Numbered from the stretch's first letter, positions 21,317 through 31,804 are shown. The stretch: DNA of 64,000 nt from an uncultured Desulfobacter sp. (GCA_963665095.1 OY762069.1:5792001-5856000); one strand, 5' to 3'. The notes: generated by a model from the letters alone, not told the origin. Translations and numbers: made by a program.

Positions 21317-21332
21317 AGCACAAATTATGCCA
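21317..21332 (-). promoter_or_regulatory. Putative sigma54 promoter of the DVU0298-like/small protein/ferredoxin operon
   Basis: TGGCATAATTTGTGCT (GG-N10-GC) on the minus strand. Confidence 0.65.
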
Positions 21333-21365
21333 TAGCCTACAGCCGCCTGAAATCAGGCCGCATCG

Positions 21366-21746
21366 TTACTGAATAAACTGTCCCACGGCACTGAATCGGG
21401 TTTTTAGCTTATGGATATAGCTGTCATAGGTACGCATCTTTATGACTGCCCTTGTGATCAGATAGCAACCTAATACAATCAGCCCGAGGTTGAGAACCGC
21501 AAAGGGGATGATAAGGTGCAGTACGTTGAATACATTGTAATATTTGGATGTGGCAATTAAAACGCTGATAACGGACAGCGGCAGGGCCAGCACTGCGATG
21601 CCTGTTCTCATTACGGCCAGTGAGGTGCGTTTTTCAGCCAGAAGCAGCTGTACTTCGTTGATAACGATGCCATCGGACGGTTCAAGCTTCTCACTATTAT
21701 CATTTGTTTGTGTCAATTCCATCTCCAGAATGTTCTTATTTTGCAA
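21366..21746 (-). CDS. DUF202-like membrane protein
   Basis: LAEKRTSLAVMRTGIA followed by two TM helices. Confidence 0.75.
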   Translation of the reverse strand: MQNKNILEMELTQTNDNSEKLEPSDGIVINEVQLLLAEKRTSLAVMRTGIAVLALPLSVISVLIATSKYYNVFNVLHLIIPFAVLNLGLIVLGCYLITRAVIKMRTYDSYIHKLKTRFSAVGQFIQ

Positions 21747-22205
21747 GATTTAATCATCTGTCTATTTTATTACCCCTCATTGGCTTTTAATCTCTCGGGG
21801 CTTCTTTCTTAACTTTTGGGCTCTTTCCGAATTGGTCTTTCGATCAGGTGCCTTTTTATGGGGATTCCCTTCTGCATGAATCAGGCCGGACATTACAGGT
21901 GTGCTCCCGGCAGATACAACGCAGCCTGAAGAACAGCCGCATGACTGTGGAAAAGCAGCTGGACAGGTTCCGGGCCAGTGTCTGGTACAGCTTGTCTGTC
22001 TCAGGCCTTGTGGCACAGAAATGTATCCTGATACAGATATCGCAAGGCTTATATTCAAATGCTAATTAAAAAATAAGGGTTTTCATGGTAGACATAGCCA
22101 ACTGGCTTTGTTAATCTCTCGAACGTTCCAGGCTCAATTTGTTCTATTTCATTATTTTTTTCGCCCTGAACAGTAAAAGGGGTATTTCAACGCAAAGGAG
22201 ATCCT

Positions 22206-22460
22206 ATGAAGCAGATCCTATTTTTTGATTCCATGCTGGTTCCTAAAATCATTACATTTGTTTATTGGCTGCAGCTGGCATGCACAGTTCTTTTCGGGCT
22301 GGGTACGATATTTAAGGGCGGATTTGGCCTGATGGCTATTTTTATGGGGCTTGTGATCATGGTCACAGGGGCCGTGGGTTCCCGCATTTTTTGTGAGTTG
22401 TCCATTGTCCTTTTTAAAATTCATGAAAATATAAAAAAACTTGCTGACAAACAGATATAA
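22206..22460 (+). CDS. DUF4282-like membrane protein
   Basis: FFDSMLVPKIITFVYW...RIFCELSIVLFKIHEN; good RBS. Confidence 0.8.
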   Translation: MKQILFFDSMLVPKIITFVYWLQLACTVLFGLGTIFKGGFGLMAIFMGLVIMVTGAVGSRIFCELSIVLFKIHENIKKLADKQI

Positions 22461-22558
22461 TTGTTAATCTGTTCAAGGTGGTTAAAGCCGGCGCAAAATT
22501 GTTTTGCAAATGATTTTCACCGGCTTTATTGTTTTTAATTTTATTTTTGGGGATACCT

Positions 22559-23236
22559 ATGGATAACAGTTCACTTGCCCGGTATTGTTCGCCTACGTTT
22601 TTCATTGATTCAGACCACAAGGATATTATTGATTTTTCGTCCCGCCATGTGGGAAATGCAGAAGGTGATTTAGATAAGGCCGTAAATCTATATTATGCGG
22701 TCCGGGACCGGATCCGTTATGATCCCTATGAAATCCCCACCCATCCCGAAGGCATGAAAGCCAGCTTTGTACTGGCTGCGGGCAAGGGCTTCTGTGTAGC
22801 CAAGGCCGTACTGTTGGCTGCCTGCCTCAGGTCACAGGCTATCCCGGCCCGGCTGGGATTTGCTGATGTAAAAAATCATCTCTCCACGCCCAAGCTCAGG
22901 GCTAAAATGGGAACTGATCTTTTTGTCTGGCACGGATATACCGAAGTTTTCCTGGAAAACAGATGGGTCAAGGCAACACCGGCATTTAATTTAAGTTTGT
23001 GCGAGGCATTCGGGGTGCTGCCCCTGGAGTTTGACGGCAAAGAGGACAGCGTATTTCATCCCTTTGATGCAAAGGGGCACCGCCACATGGAGTATGTCAC
23101 TGACCACGGACATTTTGCCGACCTGCCCCTGGATAAAATGATTGTGGCTTACCAGGCTGCCTACCCCCTGTATTTTAAGGCCGGTCAGGATCGTGGTGAT
23201 TTCAGTGCCGAGGCCAGAGCACTTAAGAATTCCTGA
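22559..23236 (+). CDS. Transglutaminase-like protein
   Basis: VRDRIRYDPY, GFCVAKA (Cys), WHGYTE, WVKATPAFN. Confidence 0.88.
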   Translation: MDNSSLARYCSPTFFIDSDHKDIIDFSSRHVGNAEGDLDKAVNLYYAVRDRIRYDPYEIPTHPEGMKASFVLAAGKGFCVAKAVLLAACLRSQAIPARLGFADVKNHLSTPKLRAKMGTDLFVWHGYTEVFLENRWVKATPAFNLSLCEAFGVLPLEFDGKEDSVFHPFDAKGHRHMEYVTDHGHFADLPLDKMIVAYQAAYPLYFKAGQDRGDFSAEARALKNS

Positions 23237-24290
23237 CCGCCTGGGACAGATCCCGGGTGAGTTCCAGCACCCGGGTGGCTGAACCTATGTCCAGGGAGCC
23301 TGTGCCGCAGCTGGGAGTAATAAATATCTGCTCCAGAAGGCGGTTTCTGTCCAGATCAAGATTCACAAGCTGGGACACCTGGGCATCAAATTTGGCCTTC
23401 AGGGTGTCCACGGTCTGGGCTGCAATAATTTCAGCACTGTCCGTGGGTACAATACCCAACGCCAGTATGCCGCCCCGGTTTACAAACGCCTTGATAGTTT
23501 CCGGGTAAAGGATAAACCGGTCAAAGTAGGAAAAGGCATCAAAATTAATGATGTCAATGTCTGTTTCCAAGAGCATATCCCACTGGGTGTTGGCGCATAC
23601 ATGAATTCCTGCAAGCCCGTTTTCCCTGTGGATAAAACTTGTAATCTCTTCAACACAGGCTGCCACATCCTCTTTTGTGATGGTGATGTATGCAGACGTG
23701 CCGAATCCGGCCAAAGCGGGCTCGTCCAGGAAGATGATGGGTTGTGCCTCTTTCTGGGCAAAGTGCCGGGTCTGCCAGGCAGCGTTCAGGGCCAGGCGCT
23801 TCACGGCAATATCCCTGAGCTGGTCATTATAAAAAATGTCGCGACCCTGCTCATCTTTTACTGCTGTGGCAAAGGTGATGGGGCCGGTGATCTGGCCTTT
23901 TAACGCTTCAAATTCATTATTGCCGGTCTGTTTTAAAAATTGGGCAAATCCTTTGCCGGTCTTTTCTGTAAATGCAAACCTGGAGTCGTCCAGGGGAGCA
24001 TCCGGCTCACTTAGCATCAGGAAATCTTCAAAAAAGGAAAGCACCTCAGGCTCAAAATCGGAAGAGACAGAATCAATAAAAGATTTATCCCCTTTCCGGG
24101 TAAGGCCTGGCATGCCCGGCAGAAACTGTTCAATCATGCCTTCTTCCCTGTACAGGGGAAGCTGCACCCACAACGGAACTTCAGGGGTATGGTCCATGAC
24201 CAGGTTCAACGCCTGTTCATGGTCGGTGAGAGGCAGACTGCCCACAAGTAACGGCTTTGCATTTGGTTTAAAGGCACTCATAAAACCCAT
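23223..24290 (-). CDS. Single-domain (core MetE / MesB-like) methionine synthase
   Basis: GSLP, WVQLP, KGQITGP, DEP, Zn ligands HVC and ITPSCG; no N-terminal folate-binding barrel. Confidence 0.75.
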   Translation of the reverse strand: MGFMSAFKPNAKPLLVGSLPLTDHEQALNLVMDHTPEVPLWVQLPLYREEGMIEQFLPGMPGLTRKGDKSFIDSVSSDFEPEVLSFFEDFLMLSEPDAPLDDSRFAFTEKTGKGFAQFLKQTGNNEFEALKGQITGPITFATAVKDEQGRDIFYNDQLRDIAVKRLALNAAWQTRHFAQKEAQPIIFLDEPALAGFGTSAYITITKEDVAACVEEITSFIHRENGLAGIHVCANTQWDMLLETDIDIINFDAFSYFDRFILYPETIKAFVNRGGILALGIVPTDSAEIIAAQTVDTLKAKFDAQVSQLVNLDLDRNRLLEQIFITPSCGTGSLDIGSATRVLELTRDLSQAVRNS

Positions 24291-24432
24291 CCTTTTTGTC
24301 CGGTAAACTCTGAATTAAAAAACGAAACATATAAACATATAAGCATAAGTTGATTTGTTATGCAAGCCCCTAAACAATAACAATTGGGAAGGGTGTTCCT
24401 GCTTTGGGTTTGGTTTTAATGTCCTGCAACGT

Positions 24433-24711
24433 TCAGTCTTGTTTGTATGACATACCATTGTCCCACTCTTTTTTAGCATAATGTGTCATTAAGTTGATAA
24501 AATCTTTTTCAATGGCTGCCAGGGCATGGCCAGTTGAGGTCGGAATCAACCCCTGGGGAAATCGTGTGAATAACTGGACGCCCAGCTCGCTTTCCAGTTT
24601 GGAAAGATTCTGACTGATGGCGGACCGGGTCACGTTCAACGTTTAGGAGGCTCTTGATGTATTGCCGCATTCATACAGGGTTTTAAATATATGTAGTTTG
24701 TTCAGGTTCAT
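24433..24711 (-). pseudogene. LysR-family regulator remnant (in-frame stop, large internal deletion)
   Basis: MNLNKLHIFKTLYECGNTSRAS*TLNVTRSAISQNLSKLESELGVQLFTR then jumps to a short C-terminal tail. Confidence 0.75.
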
Positions 24712-24829
24712 TGTTAAGAAAATATAAACAGGTTGGTTAAAAAATATGGTTTTGATTAATCATATTTTTCTGCCATTCTGTCAAGCAGGGTTTTGGAAGT
24801 GATTCATTTATTGGGTGTTGGACCGAACT

Positions 24830-25186
24830 ATGAACTATACGGCTATTTTAGGTTTACTGGGAATAATCATTGGATTGACTCGGGCGCTGCCCCAGCTTCT
24901 GGGCCTTCTGCGTTCCGGGAAAGCATGGGGAGTCTCTTCGGATTCGGCAGCCACCAGTTCCATTGTCAGTTACGGTTGGGCTGTATATGGGATGATGACG
25001 TCCCAACCCTTTGTGACACTTGCCACCGGGGCGTCCGGTACGGTTTTCCTGTTAATTACCATTTTTTCCATTCGTTTCGGACGCAGGATCAGGGAGATTA
25101 AAGTGGCTCCCATCTGGCTTTTTGTTCTGATTCTGGCATTCAAATTCTCTTTTCCTTTCCGAAAGCCGTGCTTTTCGTCTGGCTGA
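24830..25186 (+). pseudogene. PQ-loop/SemiSWEET-like membrane protein, 3'-truncated
   Basis: RALPQL...GVS...WAVYG; tail overlaps the convergent thioesterase. Confidence 0.55.
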
Positions 25187-25633
25187 GGCCTCCTTGAAGC
25201 GGCGCTTTTCTTCCGGTGTCTCAGGTACCAGTGGCGTCACTTCACTTGGCCGCTGGTCATCACCCAATGCCACAAAGGTAAGGTAAGCAGATGCCAGGTG
25301 GGTGATCTTTCCCGTTAAAAGATCCTCAGTTTCCACCCGCGCACCGATCTCCATGGAGGTCTTTCCGGTCATGTTTACAGCTGCCTTGACCGTGACAAGA
25401 TTACCTATAAAGGCAGGTTTATGAAAATCCAGCCGGTCAATGGACGCCGTAACACAGATCTTGCGGGTATGGCGGACCGCGGCCACGCCAGCCGCATTAT
25501 CTATCTCTTTCATTATGACGCCGCCATGGACAATGCCCGCAGGATTAGCGTCTTCAGGCAGCATAACCCGGGAGATAAGAACGGATGAATCAGATGCAGA
25601 TTTACAGACAGGTTCATTTTGATTATCAGACAT
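25052..25633 (-). CDS. Acyl-CoA thioesterase (hotdog, YciA-like); C-terminus probably chimeric
   Basis: DANPAGIVHGG, VTASID, GKTSMEIG, AYLTFVAL. Confidence 0.88.
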   Translation of the reverse strand: MSDNQNEPVCKSASDSSVLISRVMLPEDANPAGIVHGGVIMKEIDNAAGVAAVRHTRKICVTASIDRLDFHKPAFIGNLVTVKAAVNMTGKTSMEIGARVETEDLLTGKITHLASAYLTFVALGDDQRPSEVTPLVPETPEEKRRFKEASARRKARLSERKREFECQNQNKKPDGSHFNLPDPASETNGKNGN

Positions 25634-26078
25634 GGTTGTCTCCTGTAATATTTTTGTTTTTTACTGGCCCGGCCTGTACTGGTGATGGCAGTTTGTCAGG
25701 CAAGAAAGATTTCAAGAGGCCGTGAATAAAATATGCCAGAATCGTACCATTCAGATGAATTCTCTCTGTTTGATTCGCTGAAACAGACGATTTCCCGAAG
25801 TTTATCCAGTTTTCAATGAAATGGTCTTGGTCCCCCCAGGGGAAAATCCGTGGTTCAACCCGTTCGCTGAAATTCGTTTGCACAAGTTCTAAATTTGCTT
25901 CGCTAAACTGCAAAACATATTGCCCGTGCCCGGGGGATTATAAAATCTGAACAGGGCCACCTGGAAAAGACTTACTGCTGTCACACCAATGATGATCCGT
26001 AACAGCAGTTTTCTGATCCAGCTGGATATGGTCTTTTTTAAGTTGAGGCCCATAAGGTTTTATTACTCAGGAGAAATT

Positions 26079-26379
26079 ATGGTACAGATTCATGACACCA
26101 CCCAAAATCAGTCCAATGAATATATCAACATGACGATTAATTTGCCAGACCTGGATTTTGACACTGTCAAACAGATGGCAAAAGAGAAGGCGATAGAAAT
26201 TAGCCCCCATTCCATGATCCTGTCCTGGAAAAACAGCATCACCGGCCAAGACCTATCCTGATTATGAGTGCGGGGTGGATAAAGAGCCGTTCTGGATACG
26301 CTACGCCAAGGGACGCGGGGCCAATCTTACCATTGATGTTAATGATGGCGACTACATATTTATGGTCCTTAAAATTTGA
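26079..26379 (+). pseudogene. AF1514-like protein with a +1 frameshift near 26246
   Basis: MILSWKNSITG then, in the next frame, TYPDYECG..PFWIRYAKGRGANLTIDVNDGDYIF. Confidence 0.6.
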
Positions 26380-26437
26380 GCCCAAAGTTGGCCACCTGCG
26401 GCGTTGCAGAAAACTGTGTAACTTTGGACTCAAATTT
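26372..26437. repeat. Inverted-repeat element (collapsed MITE-like)
   Basis: AAATTTGAGCCCAAAGTT / AACTTTGGACTCAAATTT, 17 of 18 paired. Confidence 0.6.
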
Positions 26438-26515
26438 AGAAATTGAGACGTTTAGCCCTTTTTAACCGCCTTTTAAAAAGTCATGAAATTTCCGGGTCAG
26501 ACTGCTTCCTGTCCG

Positions 26516-28174
26516 TTATGGATAGACATAGCTCTGGTAAACGGCCCGGATCTGTTTTTTCTTTTCCTCTTCAGACCAGTTCAACTGCTTTGCTGCAATG
26601 TCGGCGGCCTGTTCAATAACAGAACGGGGAGGGCAGCCCAGCCATCCCATGCCGGTTCTGCGGAAAAATATATCAGTGAGCTGCTGGGCCATTTCATGCC
26701 TGACGGCAAACAATACCTGGGCCATGATCTCTTTATCCTGGGTGACGCAGGTGGTAAGGTTTCTTTTTTCACCTGACCGGGTTGTCAGATCCAGGACGGC
26801 TTGATATTCCGTTCCGTAATGCCGGACCAGATAATCAATGGTGGCAGGGTCAACTGTGGCAGGGTTAAGGCCGTGGGTTTGCCGGTTGCAGGTTTCTCTT
26901 TGGGCCTGGGCAATTTGAGTTTCAATATCAGGCAGGGCGCAGCCATAAAGAGGCGTGCTTGCGGAAACACAAGGTCCTGGTTTTTTTTCTGCTTTTCCAG
27001 CCACTGCCGAAATAATTTTTTCAGCAAAATCCCGGCTGGTGGTGTATTTGCCGCCGGCTGCGGTGATCAGGCCTGAAATCCCCTCTTTTTCATGGTCATG
27101 CAGTTCCGAGCGCCGGGAGGCGTTATAGCTGTCATTGGCCGTGATCTCGGTTAAGGGGCGCAGCCCGCCGTAGGCAAATAAAACATCCCTGGGGGTTAGT
27201 TTTTCCCTAAGGCCTGCGGCCCGGTTGATCACCCCAAGGAAATTGTCAATGGCTTTGCCGGTGATGTGCCAGTCATCGGGGTGGCCGTAGTAGGGGGTCT
27301 CGGTGGGGCCGATCAGCGAGTGATTCCGCCAGGGGGCAAAGCTGAAGTGGCCGTGGTCTCCCACCACCAGAAACATCTGGTCTGTGATTTTCCGGGTCAC
27401 CAGATAGATGCCTTCCGAGCGCATGGGCGGCATCGGGGTGCAAGTTTCAGGCGTTTGGTTTAACAGGGACTGGGTCCAGGGGCCTGCGGCATTGACAGTC
27501 ACCTTTGCCTGGATTTCCAGGGTCTGGCCGGAAATGGTGTCGGTGACCCGGGCACCACAGACCCGGTTGTTTTGAATCAGTAGGTGGTCGGCCCGGGCAT
27601 AGTTGGCTACACAGGCCCCGTGGGCTGCAGCCGATTTAATAAAGGCAAGGGTCAGTCGTTCAGGGCTTAGGCACAGGCAGTCGTAGTACCGGATGCATGT
27701 GCAGTTAGGGGGACGACCTCCGGCAGGGGCTGAGGCCCTGGCATCCGCCTTTGTCATTACCTTGAATCCGGGAATCTTTTTGGACCTGTCCCACACCCGG
27801 TTGCGGTCAAAGGAGAGCAGGTCATAGGCGGTGAGCCCTGCTTTTTCCACCAGCCCTGTATCCGGCAGGACAATGGGAAAAGGGTAGACCAGATTCGGGG
27901 CAATATTGGACAGAATCCGCCGTTCCCGTAAAGACTCTCTAACCAGACCGATGTCCAGCTGTTTGAGATAGCGCAATCCCCCGTGGATCAGCTTGCCTGT
28001 GGCTGCAGAGGTGGCAGCACCAAAATCACTTTTTTCCACAAGGGCTGCTGTATAGCCCCTTGAGGCCGCCTCATAGGCAAGGGCCGCCCCAGTGATGCCG
28101 CCGCCCACGATCAAAAGGTCAAAGGGGCCGGTATGGTTTTTTGCGGTAAACCGTTCAAGAGTCAAAGGGGTCAT
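26516..28174 (-). CDS. FAD-dependent glycerol-3-phosphate dehydrogenase/oxidase family
   Basis: IVGGGITG, KLIHGGLRYL, NAAGPW, GGLRPL, GGKYTT, RRTG. Confidence 0.9.
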   Translation of the reverse strand: MTPLTLERFTAKNHTGPFDLLIVGGGITGAALAYEAASRGYTAALVEKSDFGAATSAATGKLIHGGLRYLKQLDIGLVRESLRERRILSNIAPNLVYPFPIVLPDTGLVEKAGLTAYDLLSFDRNRVWDRSKKIPGFKVMTKADARASAPAGGRPPNCTCIRYYDCLCLSPERLTLAFIKSAAAHGACVANYARADHLLIQNNRVCGARVTDTISGQTLEIQAKVTVNAAGPWTQSLLNQTPETCTPMPPMRSEGIYLVTRKITDQMFLVVGDHGHFSFAPWRNHSLIGPTETPYYGHPDDWHITGKAIDNFLGVINRAAGLREKLTPRDVLFAYGGLRPLTEITANDSYNASRRSELHDHEKEGISGLITAAGGKYTTSRDFAEKIISAVAGKAEKKPGPCVSASTPLYGCALPDIETQIAQAQRETCNRQTHGLNPATVDPATIDYLVRHYGTEYQAVLDLTTRSGEKRNLTTCVTQDKEIMAQVLFAVRHEMAQQLTDIFFRRTGMGWLGCPPRSVIEQAADIAAKQLNWSEEEKKKQIRAVYQSYVYP

Positions 28175-29025
28175 TTCAATTCTCCGGTGCCGGATAAAAG
28201 GGCGAGGATTTCACTTTTCAGCCGGTCTCTTTCACTGTCAATGTCCCACAGGCCTAAGCGCAGCACCAAGATGGGCAGGCGCCACAGGTCGATGGCCTTC
28301 ATGGAAAGGCCGCTTTGGGAAAGGTAGCATTTTAAATATTTTTTTAAGATATACCGACGGACAATTTCATAAAAGGTCTCCTTGGCCTTTGAGATTCCCG
28401 GCATCAGTTCGGCATCCCGTAACAGAAACACAGTGGCAGCCACATCAGCCGCCGGAACCCCCCGGGCAGCAGTCATCCAGTCTATGGGCACAAGATCGGT
28501 GTCCGAGACCAGGACGTTTTCCGGATGAAAATCCATGTGAAGCAGGGTTTCGCCTTCAGGCAGGGCCTCAATGGTCTGCCGGGTCTGCGCTTTTTGATCC
28601 GGGCCTAAAAATTGAAGCGGTGTCCTGTCAAGGGTTTGGGATGCAACCAGCCTTATATCGGGCAATTTTTCGGTCCGGGCCTGGTGCAGTTGCAAATGCA
28701 GGTCCGCAAGGATGTTGGGAAGTTTGAAAAAATAAAGGGGATTTTTTTCCGGCATCCGGGTCAAAGAGATGCCGTCTATTCTGTCTAAAACAATGCCGGA
28801 TCGGTTTTGGGCAATCACCTTGGCATGGCAGTCCATGGAACAGACGCCTAAGTCTGATGCCTCACAGGTATTTCGGAATTCAGCCTGGATCTCCTGATCG
28901 GGAATGGTGTCCCAGAAAAGTTTAAGGACCCGGTTGTTTTCAAAGGCATAAATCTGGGCAGACCTGCCTAATGCAATGGGGGAAGAAAGTGCTTCCATCT
29001 GGATTGTTCGGGTGTTGTTGGTCAT
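28171..29025 (-). CDS. APH/choline kinase-like phosphotransferase
   Basis: LGRSAQIY, VLKLF, HMDFHPENV, IDW; ATGA overlap with the GlpD-like gene. Confidence 0.85.
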   Translation of the reverse strand: MTNNTRTIQMEALSSPIALGRSAQIYAFENNRVLKLFWDTIPDQEIQAEFRNTCEASDLGVCSMDCHAKVIAQNRSGIVLDRIDGISLTRMPEKNPLYFFKLPNILADLHLQLHQARTEKLPDIRLVASQTLDRTPLQFLGPDQKAQTRQTIEALPEGETLLHMDFHPENVLVSDTDLVPIDWMTAARGVPAADVAATVFLLRDAELMPGISKAKETFYEIVRRYILKKYLKCYLSQSGLSMKAIDLWRLPILVLRLGLWDIDSERDRLKSEILALLSGTGELK

Positions 29026-29119
29026 GGTGGCTGGTTCACCTTTTTTAGTTGGTTTTTCAAAAACTTACCGGGTGGCATGGGCCTTAAAAACTGCTTAAAA
29101 AATTATGACAAACGTTAAG

Positions 29120-29133
29120 GTAACGCATGTTAC
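29120..29133. promoter_or_regulatory. Palindromic operator candidate for the divergent TetR
   Basis: GTAAC-GCAT-GTTAC between divergent genes. Confidence 0.45.
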
Positions 29134-29301
29134 TTTTACCCAGATACTGTACCGGTATCCAAAAGTCAAGCACTGGTTGATTTCCGTTCAGATCTATGCC
29201 ATGTAAGCAAAAAGGGTCGTCAAAAAAATGCCGGCTTGAAACCTGTCAAAGCCAAAAGTCAACGCAAACAGTGCAAAGGAAAGTCATACAGGTCAGATCC
29301 C

Positions 29302-29976
29302 ATGCCCAAACCGCCGGCAACGCCCGCTGAAATAGAAGCCACCCGGGAAAAGATCATCCGGGAAACCATCTGCCTGATCAATGAGGCCGGATTTGCCGGT
29401 TTCAGCATGCGCAAATTAGGCACCCGTTTAGGGGTGGCAGCCAAAACCATTTATAACTACTTTTCCGACAAGGATGAACTCTATCTCAAGGTCCTGTCCA
29501 AGGGGTTTTCAAGGCTCTACCGGCAGATGGCGGCAGCCATTGGGCAGAACCGTTTACCTGAAGACCGGCTTTTAGCCATGGCCCGGGCCTATGTGACATT
29601 CGGCCTTGATAATCCGCATTATTATAATGTGCTGTTTAATCTGGACCTGCCCCGGTTTCAGGACTATATCGGTACCCGGAACCAGGCCCTGGCCGATGCC
29701 CAGAACAAAGAAGCCCTGGAGGTGGCAGGCCTTGTCCGGGAGGCGATCGGGCCGATGATTCCGGACACCTGCCCGGATGGGGCGGCAACGGCGGATGTTT
29801 TGCTCATGCAGCTGTGGAGCAGCCTTCACGGCATGATCTCACTGAACAACAGCCGGGTGACCCTGGAGGTAGGGGCGTTTAAAGACAATATAGAGCGTAT
29901 GACCCTTTATGCTGTGGCCGACATCTGTGCCCAGGCCAGGGGGGCTGAAACACGCCTTTGGCAGGCAGATCATTAA
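29302..29976 (+). CDS. TetR family regulator
   Basis: FSMRKLGTRLGVAAKTIYNYFSDKDEL; WSSLHG in the C-terminal domain. Confidence 0.9.
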   Translation: MPKPPATPAEIEATREKIIRETICLINEAGFAGFSMRKLGTRLGVAAKTIYNYFSDKDELYLKVLSKGFSRLYRQMAAAIGQNRLPEDRLLAMARAYVTFGLDNPHYYNVLFNLDLPRFQDYIGTRNQALADAQNKEALEVAGLVREAIGPMIPDTCPDGAATADVLLMQLWSSLHGMISLNNSRVTLEVGAFKDNIERMTLYAVADICAQARGAETRLWQADH

Positions 29977-30027
29977 AAGAATTCATTGGCCCGTGAATAA
30001 CCTAAAAGTTTATGAAAGGAGAGAACC

Positions 30028-30598
30028 ATGGATCTAACACTTCTGGTGGACAATAATACGTTCATTGACAGGTACCTGACTGCAGAGCCGGGGCTTTCCA
30101 TGCTTATTTAAGATGAGGATGTCCGGGTGCTGTTTGATCTGGGCTATTCAGACCTGTTTCTGCAGAATGCCGCAAAGCTTGGGAAGGATCTCTCACATCT
30201 CGATTACCTGGTTCTCTTCCACAGCCACCTGGACCATACCTGGGGCCTTGATCCTTTTATCCGGTACCTGGCCGAAGGCGTTATTGAAGGACGGCCTGTT
30301 CGGCCTCCCACACTGGTGGCCCTCCCTGAAGTGTTCTGTTCCGTCAGTATCGGGGGCCTTTTTGAAATCGGCAGCCTGGTTTCAAAGGAAAAGGCGGGCC
30401 GGCACATGGAACTTGCTTTAAGTAAAGCCCCGGTTGAATTAAGCCCGCGACTTGTTTTTTTAGGAGAGATCCCCAGAGAAACCGATTTTGAAGGCAAAAC
30501 CCCTTTGGGCATCAAGCAGACTGAAAAAGGGGCTGTGCCGGATCTGATTCTTGACGACACCGCCCTTGTTTACAAATCAGACCAGGAGATTGTGGTCC
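30028..30598 (+). pseudogene. MBL-fold metallohydrolase remnant
   Basis: LTLLVDNN..AEPGLS, in-frame TAA at 30109, LFDLG, HSHLDH, DDTALV; truncated at a junction. Confidence 0.8.
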
Positions 30599-31383
30599 TC
30601 GGGGGCCGCCACAATGGCCTCCTGCACTTTTTTCCCTAAGCTCTGGATGATCTCATTAAAGGCTGTGGCCGTCATGGCTGTGGTGATGATCTTTTTCTGG
30701 TCGGCAAAGTGGGTTTTGATAAACTGGTCCTGGGAGTGGCTGAAGTAGTCCCGGACAAAATCCACGGCTTTTTTCAGTTTTTTCATGCCAAGCCGGGCAA
30801 ACTCCTCCATGCCGATCTGGGCGTATTTTTCCATGACATGGACCTGGACATTTTTCTGGTCATAGTGCTGGGACAGGGGCTCGTAATCCCCCTTGGTGCA
30901 GGTGCGTTTTTTTGCCTCCTCTTCCAGGGCCAGGGTGAATGCCTGGCGGAACACCCCAAGACCGTTCTGCAGGGTGATCACCTTGGTGTCGTGGAGAAAC
31001 AAAAGACTTGCCTCCACCAGGCGGCCGGCATCGCCTCTGAACCCGGAAAGGGAAATATCCTCGTTCATGGCCTGGTGGATATCCGAGATAAAAAACCGGT
31101 ACAGGACTTCAGCCTGGCTGGACTTGAGTTCGGCCATAAGATCCGCCATGGCAAGCTCCATGCGGGAGAAAAGACCTAACAGCTCTTTGGCGTTGTGCTG
31201 CCCCTTGGGCCGGATAAACGCAGTCATAAAGCTGCCTTCCCGGATCAGCCCTGCGGGCAGTTTCAGCGCATTGTTGGGAAGTTTAAGCCGAACACCAAAG
31301 GTGCCGGAGGCGGCATCCATGACCTTGTCGACAATCACCACCTTGGCGGCAAAGCGCTCATTCACAGGCGCTTCAATCGGCAC
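30577..31383 (-). pseudogene. Chimeric ORF: RND membrane-fusion protein fragment joined to a RecQ/UvrD-type helicase fragment
   Basis: VDKVMDAASGTFGVRLKLPN..LPAG then LQNGLGVFRQA..LSQHYDQKNVQVHVMEKYA..QEAIVAA..NLLV. Confidence 0.6.
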
Positions 31384-31804
31384 ATCCGCCGTATCTCCCT
31401 AAAGCCGAACAATGTCCTCGTTTGACAGTTCAGTGTCCGTGGAGATTAATGCCAACTATTCTTTTTTGCACCTGTCTCGAATGAACACGAGTTTAGAAAG
31501 TTGTGCAGACGGATTTCAGCGAACGGCAGGCGGGCGGCCCGGAACGGATTGAACCACAGGATTTCAACGCCGAGGCCGAAGCCCAAAATTTTGCTCTCTG
31601 TACAAAAATCCGTTCTGTTTTTTCCCATACCCCGGGTATTCTTGTTAAAGTTGTGAAAAAGGCGATCTGCAGAAAAGTTCTCATACCGGAAATACTTTTG
31701 TGTGTTTTAAATCCTGACTGCCTGATGGGAAAAGGTGAATCCTTGTATCATTCGTGATATCCTGAAATCCGGAAAAAGGAACCCAAGGGGAAAGGAAGAA
31801 AACC

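Noticed and set aside
21777..22069. ORFs 21777-22058 (-) and 21848-22069 (+)
   Set aside because: No recognisable motif or RBS; may be another gene scrap but cannot be supported
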